Below, one piece after another: positions 9,074 through 18,184 of a stretch of DNA of 25,504 bases. This DNA is from Candidatus Hodarchaeaceae archaeon. Lineage in GTDB: Archaea > Hadarchaeota > Hadarchaeia > Hadarchaeales > Hadarchaeaceae. Where the stretch lies: contig JASEGJ010000014.1 in NCBI GenBank assembly GCA_030018135.1, positions 1 to 25,504 of the forward strand. The letters run 5' to 3'. A model generated the notes under the pieces. It did no database searches, was not told the origin of the DNA, and saw only the letters and a list, made by a program, of their open reading frames with translations. Position 1 is the first letter of the stretch. The number at the start of each line of letters is the position of its first letter. The position numbers and the translations under genes were made by a program.

Positions 9074-10423
9074 ATGCCAGTTCACCCAATTGAACAACGC
9101 TATGGCAGTCGAGAGATGCGCTCGATATTTGAGTTGGAGACCCGTTTCCAGCGCATGCTAGAAGTCGAAGCCGCGCTCGCGAGAGCTTTGGCTAAAGTTG
9201 GAATGATCCCCAAAAACGCTGCTGAAAAAATTGCGGCGAAAGCTTCGACTAAATACGTGAAGGTCGAAAGGATTTGCGAGCTTGAACGGGAAGTTCAACA
9301 CGAGACGATGGCGCTCGTTCTGGCCCTCGCTGAAGCCTGCGGCGGTGCTGGCAAATACGTCCACTTCGGCGCGACGAGCAACGATGTCCTCGATACCGCT
9401 ACTGCCATACAAATCATGGATGCCTTGAAGATCGTCGAGCATGACCTGAAAAGGTTGCTCGGCATTGCCCTCGACCAGGCTTTCAAGCATAAGAATACTG
9501 TCATGGTTGGCCGAACGCACGGCCAGCATGCGGTGCCCACGACGCTCGGCCTGAAGTCCGCGATTTGGGCGTGCGAGCTCGCGCGACACATCGAGCGCCT
9601 CGAACAGCTCAAACCCCGCATTCTGGTCGGCAAGATGAGCGGAGCCGTCGGCACCGGCGCGGCTTGGGGCACTAGCGGACCTGAGGTTCAAGACCTCGTG
9701 ATGAAAGACCTCGGGCTATCCGGCGCTACAGCTTCAAACCAAATAGTGCAAAGGGATAGGTTCGCGGAGCTCATTTCATTCTTGGGCTTGCTCGCGAGCA
9801 TTCTCGACAAAATTGCCCGCGAAATACGAAATCTACAGCGCACGGAAATAGGCGAACTCGAGGAGCCATTTGGCGCCGCGCAGGTTGGGAGCAGCACGAT
9901 GCCCCACAAGCGAAATCCGATAAAGTGCGAGAAGATATGCGGCTTGGCGCGGGTTTTGCGCGCGAATGTGCACGCCGCCCTTGAAAACATCGTGCTCGAA
10001 CATGAACGCGACCTGAGCAACTCTTCCTGCGAGCGGGTGCTACTGCCGGAGTGCTTCCTGCTGACGGACGAGGTTCTTAAGACAGCTTGCGATGTGCTCA
10101 GCGGGCTAGTTGTGCACCCGGAGCAAATGGAGCGCAACTTGCAATTGACCCGCGGCTTGAACATGGCAGAGGCGGTGATGATCGAACTAACGAAGCGTGG
10201 CATGGGTCGTCAGATTGCGCACACTGTCTTAAGGGAGTGCAGCTTAGCCGCCATACGCAAGAACTTGCCGCTCGCAGCCGTGCTGCGCCAAGATGCCCGC
10301 GTATTAAAACTTATTTCCGAAGAAGAAATAGAGTCCCTGCTAGATCCCAAAAAATATTTGGGCAGCGCAGCCGCAATCGTTGAGCTTGTGATCAAAAAGT
10401 TAAAGCCACTTCAGAGAACATAG
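9074..10423 (+). CDS. purB: Adenylosuccinate lyase
   Basis: HFGATSND, GRTHGQHA, GKMSGAVG and the GSSTMPHKRNP fumarase/ASL signature; AGGAG upstream. Confidence 0.96.
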   Translation: MPVHPIEQRYGSREMRSIFELETRFQRMLEVEAALARALAKVGMIPKNAAEKIAAKASTKYVKVERICELEREVQHETMALVLALAEACGGAGKYVHFGATSNDVLDTATAIQIMDALKIVEHDLKRLLGIALDQAFKHKNTVMVGRTHGQHAVPTTLGLKSAIWACELARHIERLEQLKPRILVGKMSGAVGTGAAWGTSGPEVQDLVMKDLGLSGATASNQIVQRDRFAELISFLGLLASILDKIAREIRNLQRTEIGELEEPFGAAQVGSSTMPHKRNPIKCEKICGLARVLRANVHAALENIVLEHERDLSNSSCERVLLPECFLLTDEVLKTACDVLSGLVVHPEQMERNLQLTRGLNMAEAVMIELTKRGMGRQIAHTVLRECSLAAIRKNLPLAAVLRQDARVLKLISEEEIESLLDPKKYLGSAAAIVELVIKKLKPLQRT

Positions 10424-11016
10424 TGCATGGCATGCATCACGAACCCTGCGACAATTGGGATTGACAGATTATCGTTTATGGGAAGCAGCTCGACGCTTGC
10501 TGCGGCAATTGCGCCCGCAAAGGCTATCGCAATTGACTCGGTGATGATATGTCCAAAAAATGCGGCGAACACAATTGAAGCGACTAAAAACGCGACCAAA
10601 AGTAGGGTCAAGGTACCTTCGAGCGTTTTTTTACCTGATATCGTATGATGGCCCCATCGCTTGCCAACGACGGCTGCGGAGCCGTCTGCAAATGTTGATA
10701 TCAGCATGGCTGCTATTGCGATATCCTTGGGGTATGCCAATATGGCGACAAAGGCTCCCGCCGCAAAGAAGACATGCGCGCCTATCCCGCGCCTCTCTTG
10801 AGGCCTAATGAGGGGCTTTACCAAGGTTTCCGCCTCCTTGACAGGTATGCCATATCTGATGCGATATATTTCGGAAATTGTGAAGGCAAACGAGAAAATT
10901 GCGATAAACAACAGCGTAATTCCGCGGCTATAATCCGTAATCCAGTAAACAATAGGCACCGCAAGACCGATCAAATGTATGCTCTTCCGACGGAGCTCGG
11001 AAGCTACAGCGCCCAT
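10411..11016 (-). CDS. CTP-dependent polyprenol/diacylglycerol kinase family membrane protein (SEC59/VTE5/DGK1-like)
   Basis: RRKSIHL, FADGSAAVVGKRWG, KKTLEG and INDNLSIP motifs; several hydrophobic segments. Confidence 0.82.
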   Translation of the reverse strand: MGAVASELRRKSIHLIGLAVPIVYWITDYSRGITLLFIAIFSFAFTISEIYRIRYGIPVKEAETLVKPLIRPQERRGIGAHVFFAAGAFVAILAYPKDIAIAAMLISTFADGSAAVVGKRWGHHTISGKKTLEGTLTLLLVAFLVASIVFAAFFGHIITESIAIAFAGAIAAASVELLPINDNLSIPIVAGFVMHAMHYVL

Positions 11017-11091
11017 ACGTCTCCATCCTATTCGTAGCTAGACAGAACTATAAAGGCAAATCATCAGCTCTAGGGCCGAAGCTGCGAGAAT

Positions 11092-11898
11092 TCAAAGCGC
11101 CTGTCTGAGGGCGCTCCAAAAACTCGGCGGATTTGCCATATCTACCGTCAGATACTCGCCCTCTTTCAGACCCGCGAGTTCCGCCGCCTTTCGCATCGCG
11201 CTGTCGTAGTCCCCAATTTCATCGACCAAGTTGTACCCTAAAGCCTCCCAGCCGTAAACGGTGGAGCCATCCATGAGGTCATCGATCTTCACTTTCGCTC
11301 GATTCCTCTGGATGCGGTAGATGAGTTCGTTCATGAGGTCGTCCACAAGCTTTTGGATGCGGTCATTCTCCTCCTGGGTTGGAGCACGCCACGGCGCAAA
11401 CTCATCCTTCGCCTCGCCGGAGCGCCACACGAAGTATTCGATTCCCTCCTTTTGAAACTTGTTTTCGTAGCTGACCCAAACTGCTATTATCCCGAGGCCA
11501 GCGGTTATCGTTTGGCTGCGGGCGAAAATGTAGTCGGATGCTGAGGCGATGAGATACGCCCCAGAAGCCCCGTATTGGTCTATCGCCACCACAACGGGTT
11601 TCTCGGTCTTTAGTTTCGCAAGCCGTTCCTCGGTCTCGAAACAAGCCTGTGCCGTCCCCCCCGGGCTGTTTATTACGACGACGACCGCACGTATGCTGGG
11701 ATCCTTAAGCGCGTTCCCGATTTGATCCGCGTAGCCGAAGTCGGTTACTTCATCCTCTATCCGAATAACTCCGATGCGGGTCGAGTACACGGAGTACACG
11801 CCATAAGCGTAGAGGATCGCGGCAGCTATAACTAGGGTTATCACTGCCAACCAGATGCGATGCCTTCGCAGCGCGGTAAACCCTCGCTTTTTGACCAT
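11092..11898 (-). CDS. sppA: Signal peptide peptidase SppA (S49 family, short form)
   Basis: N-terminal TM anchor, INSPGG, KPVVV, GASGAYLIASASD (catalytic Ser), SGEAKD (Lys), LVDEIG. Confidence 0.9.
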   Translation of the reverse strand: MVKKRGFTALRRHRIWLAVITLVIAAAILYAYGVYSVYSTRIGVIRIEDEVTDFGYADQIGNALKDPSIRAVVVVINSPGGTAQACFETEERLAKLKTEKPVVVAIDQYGASGAYLIASASDYIFARSQTITAGLGIIAVWVSYENKFQKEGIEYFVWRSGEAKDEFAPWRAPTQEENDRIQKLVDDLMNELIYRIQRNRAKVKIDDLMDGSTVYGWEALGYNLVDEIGDYDSAMRKAAELAGLKEGEYLTVDMANPPSFWSALRQAL

Positions 11899-11987
11899 TC
11901 AAACACCCCTTAACCATCGTTTTCGGTTTGTATTATGTGCGTTCATCCAACGTAAAAGGTTAGCATCTGGGTCGGGCGATCAGATTG

Positions 11988-12350
11988 TTATCCAGATTCC
12001 GAAGCTTCATCACTCGTCGTCCTTACATACGTGTCGCACATCCTCTCTCCGAGCGCTTTTTTGATGACATCGTCGCTCTCGAGGGCGTCGAGCGCATCGT
12101 CGAGCGTAGATGGAAGCGTCCTTACCCCCTTCTATTTCTTTCCTCCTCGCCCATTTTGCACACATTTTCCAGCGCCGAGGCCTAAGGCCGAGCTTCCTCT
12201 TAACGCCGTCTAGCCAGCGAAAAGCAGGTAGGGGGTTGCACATAAGATCTGGGATCCTGAGCTCCGACCCTATCTACCCCTTCGCAGCTCGAAGCACCTA
12301 TCATTACCAAGGGTTCGAGCCCCAGAAAAACACGCCAGCACTTCGAAGCC
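11988..12350 (-). pseudogene. Degraded 3' fragment of a second glutamine synthetase gene (GSI-alpha-like)
   Basis: Manual translation across frameshifts gives GFE.. / ELRIPDLMCNP / YLLFA / LDGVKRKL / ENVCKMGEEERNRRG / TLPSTLDDALDALESDDVIKKALGERMCDTYVR, collinear with the GS C-terminus. Confidence 0.85.
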
Positions 12351-12406
12351 CGTTAATGTTCGCCATCTATATTTGAATGGAAGGAATGGCTAAGCAGTTC
12401 TCCTAA

Positions 12407-12646
12407 TCACTCGGTCGATGGTAAGCACAGAAGGGTTTCCGTATGAGTTACTCCCGGCATCCGCTCTAGCATTTCGTAGATGTTTCTTTTAAGTTCCTCA
12501 TAGTTCTTCGCTTCAATAACAACCACAGCATCAAATCTCCCGAAGACCGAGTTGGCTAGCTTTACCCCTCGCACGCGCCTTGCCCTGACGATTTCCTCCG
12601 AAGTTCCAGGTTTCGTTTCAACCAGCACGAAGGCTCGTACAGACAT
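12407..12646 (-). CDS. Stand-alone Lrp/AsnC ligand-binding (RAM) domain protein
   Basis: 79 aa with AFVLV, VFGRFDAVVVIEA and GVTHTETL; no HTH. Confidence 0.88.
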   Translation of the reverse strand: MSVRAFVLVETKPGTSEEIVRARRVRGVKLANSVFGRFDAVVVIEAKNYEELKRNIYEMLERMPGVTHTETLLCLPSTE

Positions 12647-12656
12647 TCGCTCACTC

Positions 12657-12890
12657 TCAGAGGGTTATCGCGGTTTCGGTGTGGACGATATCTGGGTGAC
12701 CCGCGACAACTTTGTAGACGATTTCCGTGATTTTTTGCAGGTTGGGCGCCTCGATAATAATTATCGCATCGAAGCGGCCCCACAGCGAGTCGGCTTGCGT
12801 AACTTCCTTCACCTTCTCCTTGATGGATTTGACGACGTTTTCCGAAGTTCCTGGTTTCGTTGTAACTAAAACATACGCCCTCATAGACAT
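12657..12890 (-). CDS. Stand-alone Lrp/AsnC ligand-binding (RAM) domain protein
   Basis: 77 aa with AYVLV, LWGRFDAIIIIEA and IVHTETAI; GAGGTGA RBS; paralogous to the downstream ORF. Confidence 0.88.
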   Translation of the reverse strand: MSMRAYVLVTTKPGTSENVVKSIKEKVKEVTQADSLWGRFDAIIIIEAPNLQKITEIVYKVVAGHPDIVHTETAITL

Positions 12891-12921
12891 TTCACCTCAA
12901 TACCCATTCGATGCACCTCCA

Positions 12922-14394
12922 TTAGATATCTAGGTATAAGTAAAACTCATATGGGGTTGGCCGAAGCGACTGCTGTTTGTACTCCTCCCGTTTGAGCTCG
13001 ATGAAGGTTTCCAACAGGTCTGCTGTGAAGATGTCTTCGAGATATCCGTGATCAGATTCCAACTCATCGAGGGCTTCCGTAAGTGAGCCCGGGAGTTCTT
13101 TTATACCGAGCTGCCTCCTGCGCTCGGGGGATAGGAGGTAGATGTTTTCATCCACTGGGTCACCGGGGTCGATCTTTCGTTTGATCCCATTCAACCCAGC
13201 AGCAACTTGCGCCGCGAAGGCGAGGTAGGGGTTGCACGCTGGATCTGGGGGTCTGAACTCGACTCGCTTCGTATCATGTGCAACTTTCGTCCCTTTGAAG
13301 TAAACTGGTACCCTAACGCCAGCCGACCTGTTCGCTCGGCTCCAGGCAGTGTACACAGGTGCCTCGTAACCTGGCACGAGCCGCTTATAGGAGTTAGTCG
13401 TTGGGGCGACAATCGCGGCCAAAGATCGACTGTGCTCTATAAGCCCGCCTATGTAATACCTCCCCAGCTGACTAAGCTCGGCGTATTCATCATCCGGATC
13501 ATAGAAGATATTTTTCTTCCCATTCCACAGGCTTTGGTGTACGTGCATGCCAGAAGCATTATCGCCAAAGATCGGTTTGGGCATAAAGGTTGCGATCATC
13601 CCCCGGAGATGTGCCACCACCTTTGCGACGAATTTATAGCTGACGATGCTGTCGGCCGCCTTTAGCAAGGGGGAAAAGGTCATGTCTATCTCGCACTGCC
13701 CGGCAGTAGCAACCTCATGGTGGTGGGCGTCAATTTTGATGCCAAAATGCCCCTCCAAAATCTTCGAGACCTCTGAGCGGTAGTCCTGGAGGGTGTCCTC
13801 GGGAGGAGCAGGGTAATATCCCTCCTTGAATCTAATCGGGAAGTTTGTCCCACCCCTACTCCAGATGGCTTCTCTCGACTCGATCCTATACCCGCTTTCT
13901 GCCCAAGCATCCCTAGCTGCGAGAGCACTCGGGAAGAGTTCGACTTTATCGAACACGAAGTATTCGACCTCCGGGCCCCAGTAGGAAGTGGTGAATCCAG
14001 CCCGCCTCACCGCCTCCTCAGCCTTCTCCGCGACGAAGCGCGAGTCCTTGGTGAACCTTCCCCCGCCATATGACTCATAGATTTTCGTCATCATCCTGGC
14101 GGTGCGACGTTCCGGTGGAGACCAAGGTAAGATAGCTAAGGTTTCCGGATCTGGCACTAGGACCATGTCGGACTCGTAGATGGCTTTGAAGCCCTTGATC
14201 GAGGAACCATCTAACTTCCCGAAGCCCGCGCTAAAACTATCGAGGTCAAAGTTCTTTGCTGGGATGGTTATGTGTTGGAGATACCCGGGGACATCGACGA
14301 AATGGAGGTCGACCCACTCAATCCTTTCCCTTGCCATGAGTTCGAGCGCTTCCCTAGCCTCCCTCACAGCAACCCTTTTTCGTGAGGCTTTCAT
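12922..14394 (-). CDS. glnA: Glutamine synthetase type I (GSI-beta-like)
   Basis: [72 protein letters not shown]; beta-type insertion after EYFVFD. Confidence 0.96.
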   Translation of the reverse strand: MKASRKRVAVREAREALELMARERIEWVDLHFVDVPGYLQHITIPAKNFDLDSFSAGFGKLDGSSIKGFKAIYESDMVLVPDPETLAILPWSPPERRTARMMTKIYESYGGGRFTKDSRFVAEKAEEAVRRAGFTTSYWGPEVEYFVFDKVELFPSALAARDAWAESGYRIESREAIWSRGGTNFPIRFKEGYYPAPPEDTLQDYRSEVSKILEGHFGIKIDAHHHEVATAGQCEIDMTFSPLLKAADSIVSYKFVAKVVAHLRGMIATFMPKPIFGDNASGMHVHQSLWNGKKNIFYDPDDEYAELSQLGRYYIGGLIEHSRSLAAIVAPTTNSYKRLVPGYEAPVYTAWSRANRSAGVRVPVYFKGTKVAHDTKRVEFRPPDPACNPYLAFAAQVAAGLNGIKRKIDPGDPVDENIYLLSPERRRQLGIKELPGSLTEALDELESDHGYLEDIFTADLLETFIELKREEYKQQSLRPTPYEFYLYLDI

Positions 14395-14411
14395 TTTAGA
14401 CCCGAATTTAA

Positions 14412-14474
14412 TCTTAAGAATAAGTATTTAAGCATTTAGGGACAAAAGATTATGGAATCTATAAAAATTTAATA
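14412..14474. promoter_or_regulatory. Divergent glnA / lrp promoters with a central palindrome
   Basis: TTAAATA on - (14431-14425), TTTAATA on + (14468-14474), AGATT-N4-AATCT at 14447-14460 between them, and TCTTAAGA at 14412-14419. Confidence 0.5.
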
Positions 14475-14494
14475 AAAAAATTGAGGAATCCTAA

Positions 14495-14935
14495 ATGGAC
14501 GAAATAGACCTTGAAATCATCAGAATGCTAGAACAGGATGCGCGAACGCCTTTCAAAGAGATAGCGACGAAGCTTGGGGTTTCGGAGGGTACAATCCACA
14601 ACCGTGTCAGAAAGATGCAGGAAGAGGGGATACTCATCGGGTTCTCCGCTCGGACGAACCCATCCAAGCTTGGGATGGATCTCACCGTCGTCATCGGCAT
14701 TAGAGTAAAGGGCGGAAAACTTGTCGAGGTGGAGCGCGAGCTTTCGGCCCTGCGGGAGGTGAAGTGCGTTTACGATGTTACGGGCGATTATGACGCGATG
14801 GTGATCGCGAGGTTCAGAAGCAGGGAGGAATTGAACCGCTTTATAAAGGAGGTAATTGCAAGTGAACATGTGGAGCGCACCGTCACCCATGTCGTGCTGA
14901 ATACCATAAAGGAGGACTTCACGACCCTGGTCTAG
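14495..14935 (+). CDS. Lrp/AsnC family transcriptional regulator
   Basis: MDEIDLEIIRMLEQDARTPFKEIATKLGVSEGTIHNRVRKM HTH and YDVTGDYD RAM motif. Confidence 0.95.
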   Translation: MDEIDLEIIRMLEQDARTPFKEIATKLGVSEGTIHNRVRKMQEEGILIGFSARTNPSKLGMDLTVVIGIRVKGGKLVEVERELSALREVKCVYDVTGDYDAMVIARFRSREELNRFIKEVIASEHVERTVTHVVLNTIKEDFTTLV

Positions 14936-15031
14936 TTTTTAATTAACTACTGGCCAACATAAACTTTGGGAAAAAATAGGTGTCCAAAACTCTCGAAAGA
15001 ATTTTTAAAGGAGCCATGATAAGTAAAGCAG

Positions 15032-16291
15032 ATGATCTTGATGGAGAAAGGACCGAGCCCATTCGAGGCAGTACTAAAACAAATCGACATGGTCGCGGAG
15101 AAGTTGAAATTGGACCCTTCCACCGTGGAGAAAATTAAGCATCCTAGAAAGATCGTGATAGTCTCGGTCCCCATCAAGATGGACGATGGCAGAATCAAAG
15201 TCTTCACTGGATACCGAGTGCAGTTCGATATGGCTAGAGGGCCCTACAAGGGGGGGATTAGGTACCATCCCAACGTTGACTTGGACGAGATAAAAGCACT
15301 TGCAGCATGGATGACCTGGAAATGCGCGGTCATGGACATCCCGTATGGCGGGGCTAAAGGGGGCATAACCTGCAACCCAAAGGAGATGTCGAAGGGCGAA
15401 CTCGAGCGCTTAACCAGAAAGTATACGGCCATGCTGTTGGACGAGATAGGCCCGTACAAGGATGTGCCCGCACCCGATGTCTACACGGATGCGCAGACCA
15501 TGGTTTGGATAATGGACACCTACAGCCAATTCAAGGGCTACTTGGTCCCTGAGGTGGTCACCGGCAAGCCGGTTGAGCTTGGTGGTTCGGAGGGTAGGGA
15601 GGAGGCGACCGGGAGGGGCATCGCCATCTGCGCGAGGGAAGCAGCCAAGCATCTTGGCATCGACTTGAAGGGAGCAAGGGTAGCTGTTCAAGGCTTTGGC
15701 AATGTCGGCAAGGCCGTGGCAAAGCTGTTGTACGAGATGGGTTGTAAGATCATCGCGGTCAGCGATTCCAGAGGTGGCATTTACAGGGCCGACGGTTTAA
15801 ACCTGCCTGCGGTCATCGAACATAAGCTTAAGGCGGGTCAATTATCGAGCTTCGAGGGCTGCGAGGGGATCACGAATGAAGAGTTACTCGAACTCGAGTG
15901 CGAGGTCCTCGTGCCCGCGGCGCTCGAGAATCAGATAACCGAGGCGAATGCCGATAGGATTAGGGCAAAAATTGTGGTTGAGGGGGCGAATGGTCCGTCG
16001 ACGCCTGGAGCTCGTCAAATCATGCAAGAACGAGGAATTTTTGTGGTGCCAGATATCCTGGCCAATGGCGGGGGCGTGACGGTCAGCTACTTCGAGTGGA
16101 CTCAGAATCTGCACCGAGAGCATTGGACCGAGGAGGAAGTGAATCGAAAGCTTGAGGAAAAAATGGTAAGAGCTTTCGACAATGTGTTGGAGGTCGCAAA
16201 AAAACACAATGTAAGCATGGCAGATGCGGCCTACATACTCGCGATAAGCCGAGTAAAGGATGCCCATGAGAAGCTTGGCTTATGGCCGTGA
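15032..16291 (+). CDS. gdhA: Glutamate dehydrogenase (Glu/Leu/Phe/Val dehydrogenase family)
   Basis: GPYKGGIRYHP, MTWK, GGAKGG, DVPAPD, TGKP, GFGNVG, EGANGP, PDILANGGGVTVSYFEW. Confidence 0.93.
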   Translation: MILMEKGPSPFEAVLKQIDMVAEKLKLDPSTVEKIKHPRKIVIVSVPIKMDDGRIKVFTGYRVQFDMARGPYKGGIRYHPNVDLDEIKALAAWMTWKCAVMDIPYGGAKGGITCNPKEMSKGELERLTRKYTAMLLDEIGPYKDVPAPDVYTDAQTMVWIMDTYSQFKGYLVPEVVTGKPVELGGSEGREEATGRGIAICAREAAKHLGIDLKGARVAVQGFGNVGKAVAKLLYEMGCKIIAVSDSRGGIYRADGLNLPAVIEHKLKAGQLSSFEGCEGITNEELLELECEVLVPAALENQITEANADRIRAKIVVEGANGPSTPGARQIMQERGIFVVPDILANGGGVTVSYFEWTQNLHREHWTEEEVNRKLEEKMVRAFDNVLEVAKKHNVSMADAAYILAISRVKDAHEKLGLWP

Positions 16292-16412
16292 ATTACATCA
16301 TCTGCGAATTTTGTCCAAGATATGACGAGGCATCGTCGAGCAGCCCGTTCGGCAGTAGGCGTCGCCAGAAATGTTTCGGTCGAAATAAAGGGCACCCCAA
16401 CTCACCCCGATG

Positions 16413-17021
16413 CTAACCCTTACACATCCGCAGAAAGTATTCATGTGCCCTAGTGTCGGGCGTGAGTTCCGGATGAAATGCCATCGCCAGCAGGTTGTGC
16501 TGTCTGGCAGCCACGATCTTCCCCTGATACCTCGCCATGGTCTCGACATCGCGCCAAACCTTCTCGATCACCGGGGCGCGGATAAACACGCAACGGAATG
16601 GTTCTTTACCGAACGCCGGAACTCCTAGATCGACCTCGAAAGACTCGCGCTGTCGCCCGAATGCATTGCGGATAACTTTAATATCCATTAGGCCGAGCAA
16701 CGGCTGCCCGGCATGCATCGTCCGCTCGTCGCCCTCCTTTGCAAGTACGATCATACCCGCGCAAATGCCCAGGACGGGCGTACCAGCCATGGCCTTTTGT
16801 TTAACCTTTTCGAATAGCCCAGTGGCCACCAACAGTTTTCCGATCGTCGTGCTCTCGCCGCCCGGGATGATGATGCCGTCCAACTCATTGGCCTGTCCTG
16901 CCCTGCTGACCCAAGATACCTCGCCTTGGATACCCGACCTCAACATGGCGCGCTTTGTCGCCTCGATTTGCTCATGGACTGCGCCCTGAAGGCCGACGAC
17001 GCCAATCTTCATGTTGCTCAT
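16413..17021 (-). CDS. pdxT: PLP synthase glutaminase subunit
   Basis: GLQG, PGGEST, GICAGM, RNAFGRQRESF, FIRAP, FHPEL. Confidence 0.96.
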   Translation of the reverse strand: MSNMKIGVVGLQGAVHEQIEATKRAMLRSGIQGEVSWVSRAGQANELDGIIIPGGESTTIGKLLVATGLFEKVKQKAMAGTPVLGICAGMIVLAKEGDERTMHAGQPLLGLMDIKVIRNAFGRQRESFEVDLGVPAFGKEPFRCVFIRAPVIEKVWRDVETMARYQGKIVAARQHNLLAMAFHPELTPDTRAHEYFLRMCKG

Positions 17022-17065
17022 AGCCTTTTTGGTTGAAAACTTTAAAAATACACAAAAAGCTTGGG

Positions 17066-17974
17066 TTAGACGCCCCTTGCCTGTAACTTTTCCTCCGCCC
17101 TCAGCACCTTGATGTCGATTCCGCGCATCGCCTCAGGCAGGTTCTTGCTGGCCTCCAGCAGAGCCTGCGGGTCATCAAAATAACGAGTCGCCTCAACGAT
17201 CGCTCGAGCCATCCTCGCCGGATCGCTTGACTTGAAAATTCCCGAGCCGACGAAGACGCCATCCACGCCGAGCTGCATGACCAATGCGCTATCGGCCGGC
17301 GTGCTTACCCCTCCGGCGCAGAACCATACCACCGGCAATCTCTGAAGTTTGGCGGTCTCCTCGACTAGCTCGAGCGGCACGCGATACTCCCTCGCCTTGG
17401 CTGCGAGTTCGTCTCTATTAAGCTCGGCAAGCTCCGCAATTTGCCTCTTGGTAAGCCTTATGTGTCGAACGGCTTCAACGATATTCCCGGTGCCAGCCTC
17501 GCCCTTCGTGCGAATCATCGCCGCTCCCTCGTTTATGCGCCGCAAAGCCTCGCCCAGATCGCGTGAACCGCAGACGAATGGTACCCTAAACTTTCGTTTA
17601 TCGACGTGGAACTCCTCGTCGGCGGGCGTTAGGACCTCGCTCTCATCTATCATGTCGACGCCAAGGGCCTCGAGGACCTGCGCCTCGGCAAAGTGACCGA
17701 TGCGACACTTTGCCATGACGGGGATGGTGACGGCATTCATGATCGCCTCGATGACCGCTGGGTCTGCCATCCGCGCCACCCCGCCTGCGGCACGGATATC
17801 CGCCGGCACCGCCTGCAGGGCCATCACCGCTACCGCTCCGGCTTCCTCGGCTATGATGGCCTGCTCCGGGTTGGTGACATCCATGATTACGCCTCCCTTG
17901 CACATGCTGGCAAATCCGCGCTTCAACCGCTCGGTGCCGAATTTTACGACTATCTCCTCGGTTTTCCTGTGCAT
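17066..17974 (-). CDS. pdxS: PLP synthase lyase subunit
   Basis: [46 protein letters not shown]. Confidence 0.97.
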   Translation of the reverse strand: MHRKTEEIVVKFGTERLKRGFASMCKGGVIMDVTNPEQAIIAEEAGAVAVMALQAVPADIRAAGGVARMADPAVIEAIMNAVTIPVMAKCRIGHFAEAQVLEALGVDMIDESEVLTPADEEFHVDKRKFRVPFVCGSRDLGEALRRINEGAAMIRTKGEAGTGNIVEAVRHIRLTKRQIAELAELNRDELAAKAREYRVPLELVEETAKLQRLPVVWFCAGGVSTPADSALVMQLGVDGVFVGSGIFKSSDPARMARAIVEATRYFDDPQALLEASKNLPEAMRGIDIKVLRAEEKLQARGV

Positions 17975-18184
17975 ATTCCCACCCTTTGTTGCTATGGTGT
18001 ATTTTTCCGCAAGAGGTATTTCAACCTTGCTTTTCTATGCCCTATTAATCAACTTGTGATGGCACAAAGCCCGCTTGAGTCAAGTGACGGAAAGTTTGGA
18101 GAAGCTTTAGGCTAAGCCACTTTGGAAGCGCCGAAAGCAATGCCCTTGGGTGCCCCGGATCGCGTTACATTATGAATTAATGTT

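Noticed and set aside
11855-12376. Several 60-88 aa ORFs, or a possible ncRNA, in the sppA-RAM gap
   Set aside because: Better explained as fragments and shadows of the glnA pseudogene; no tRNA, SRP or RNase P hallmarks seen.
16292-16412. Short hairpins and an AUGACGA box-C-like word in the gdhA/pdxT convergent gap
   Set aside because: No CUGA box D at a suitable spacing, and stems are only about 5 bp.
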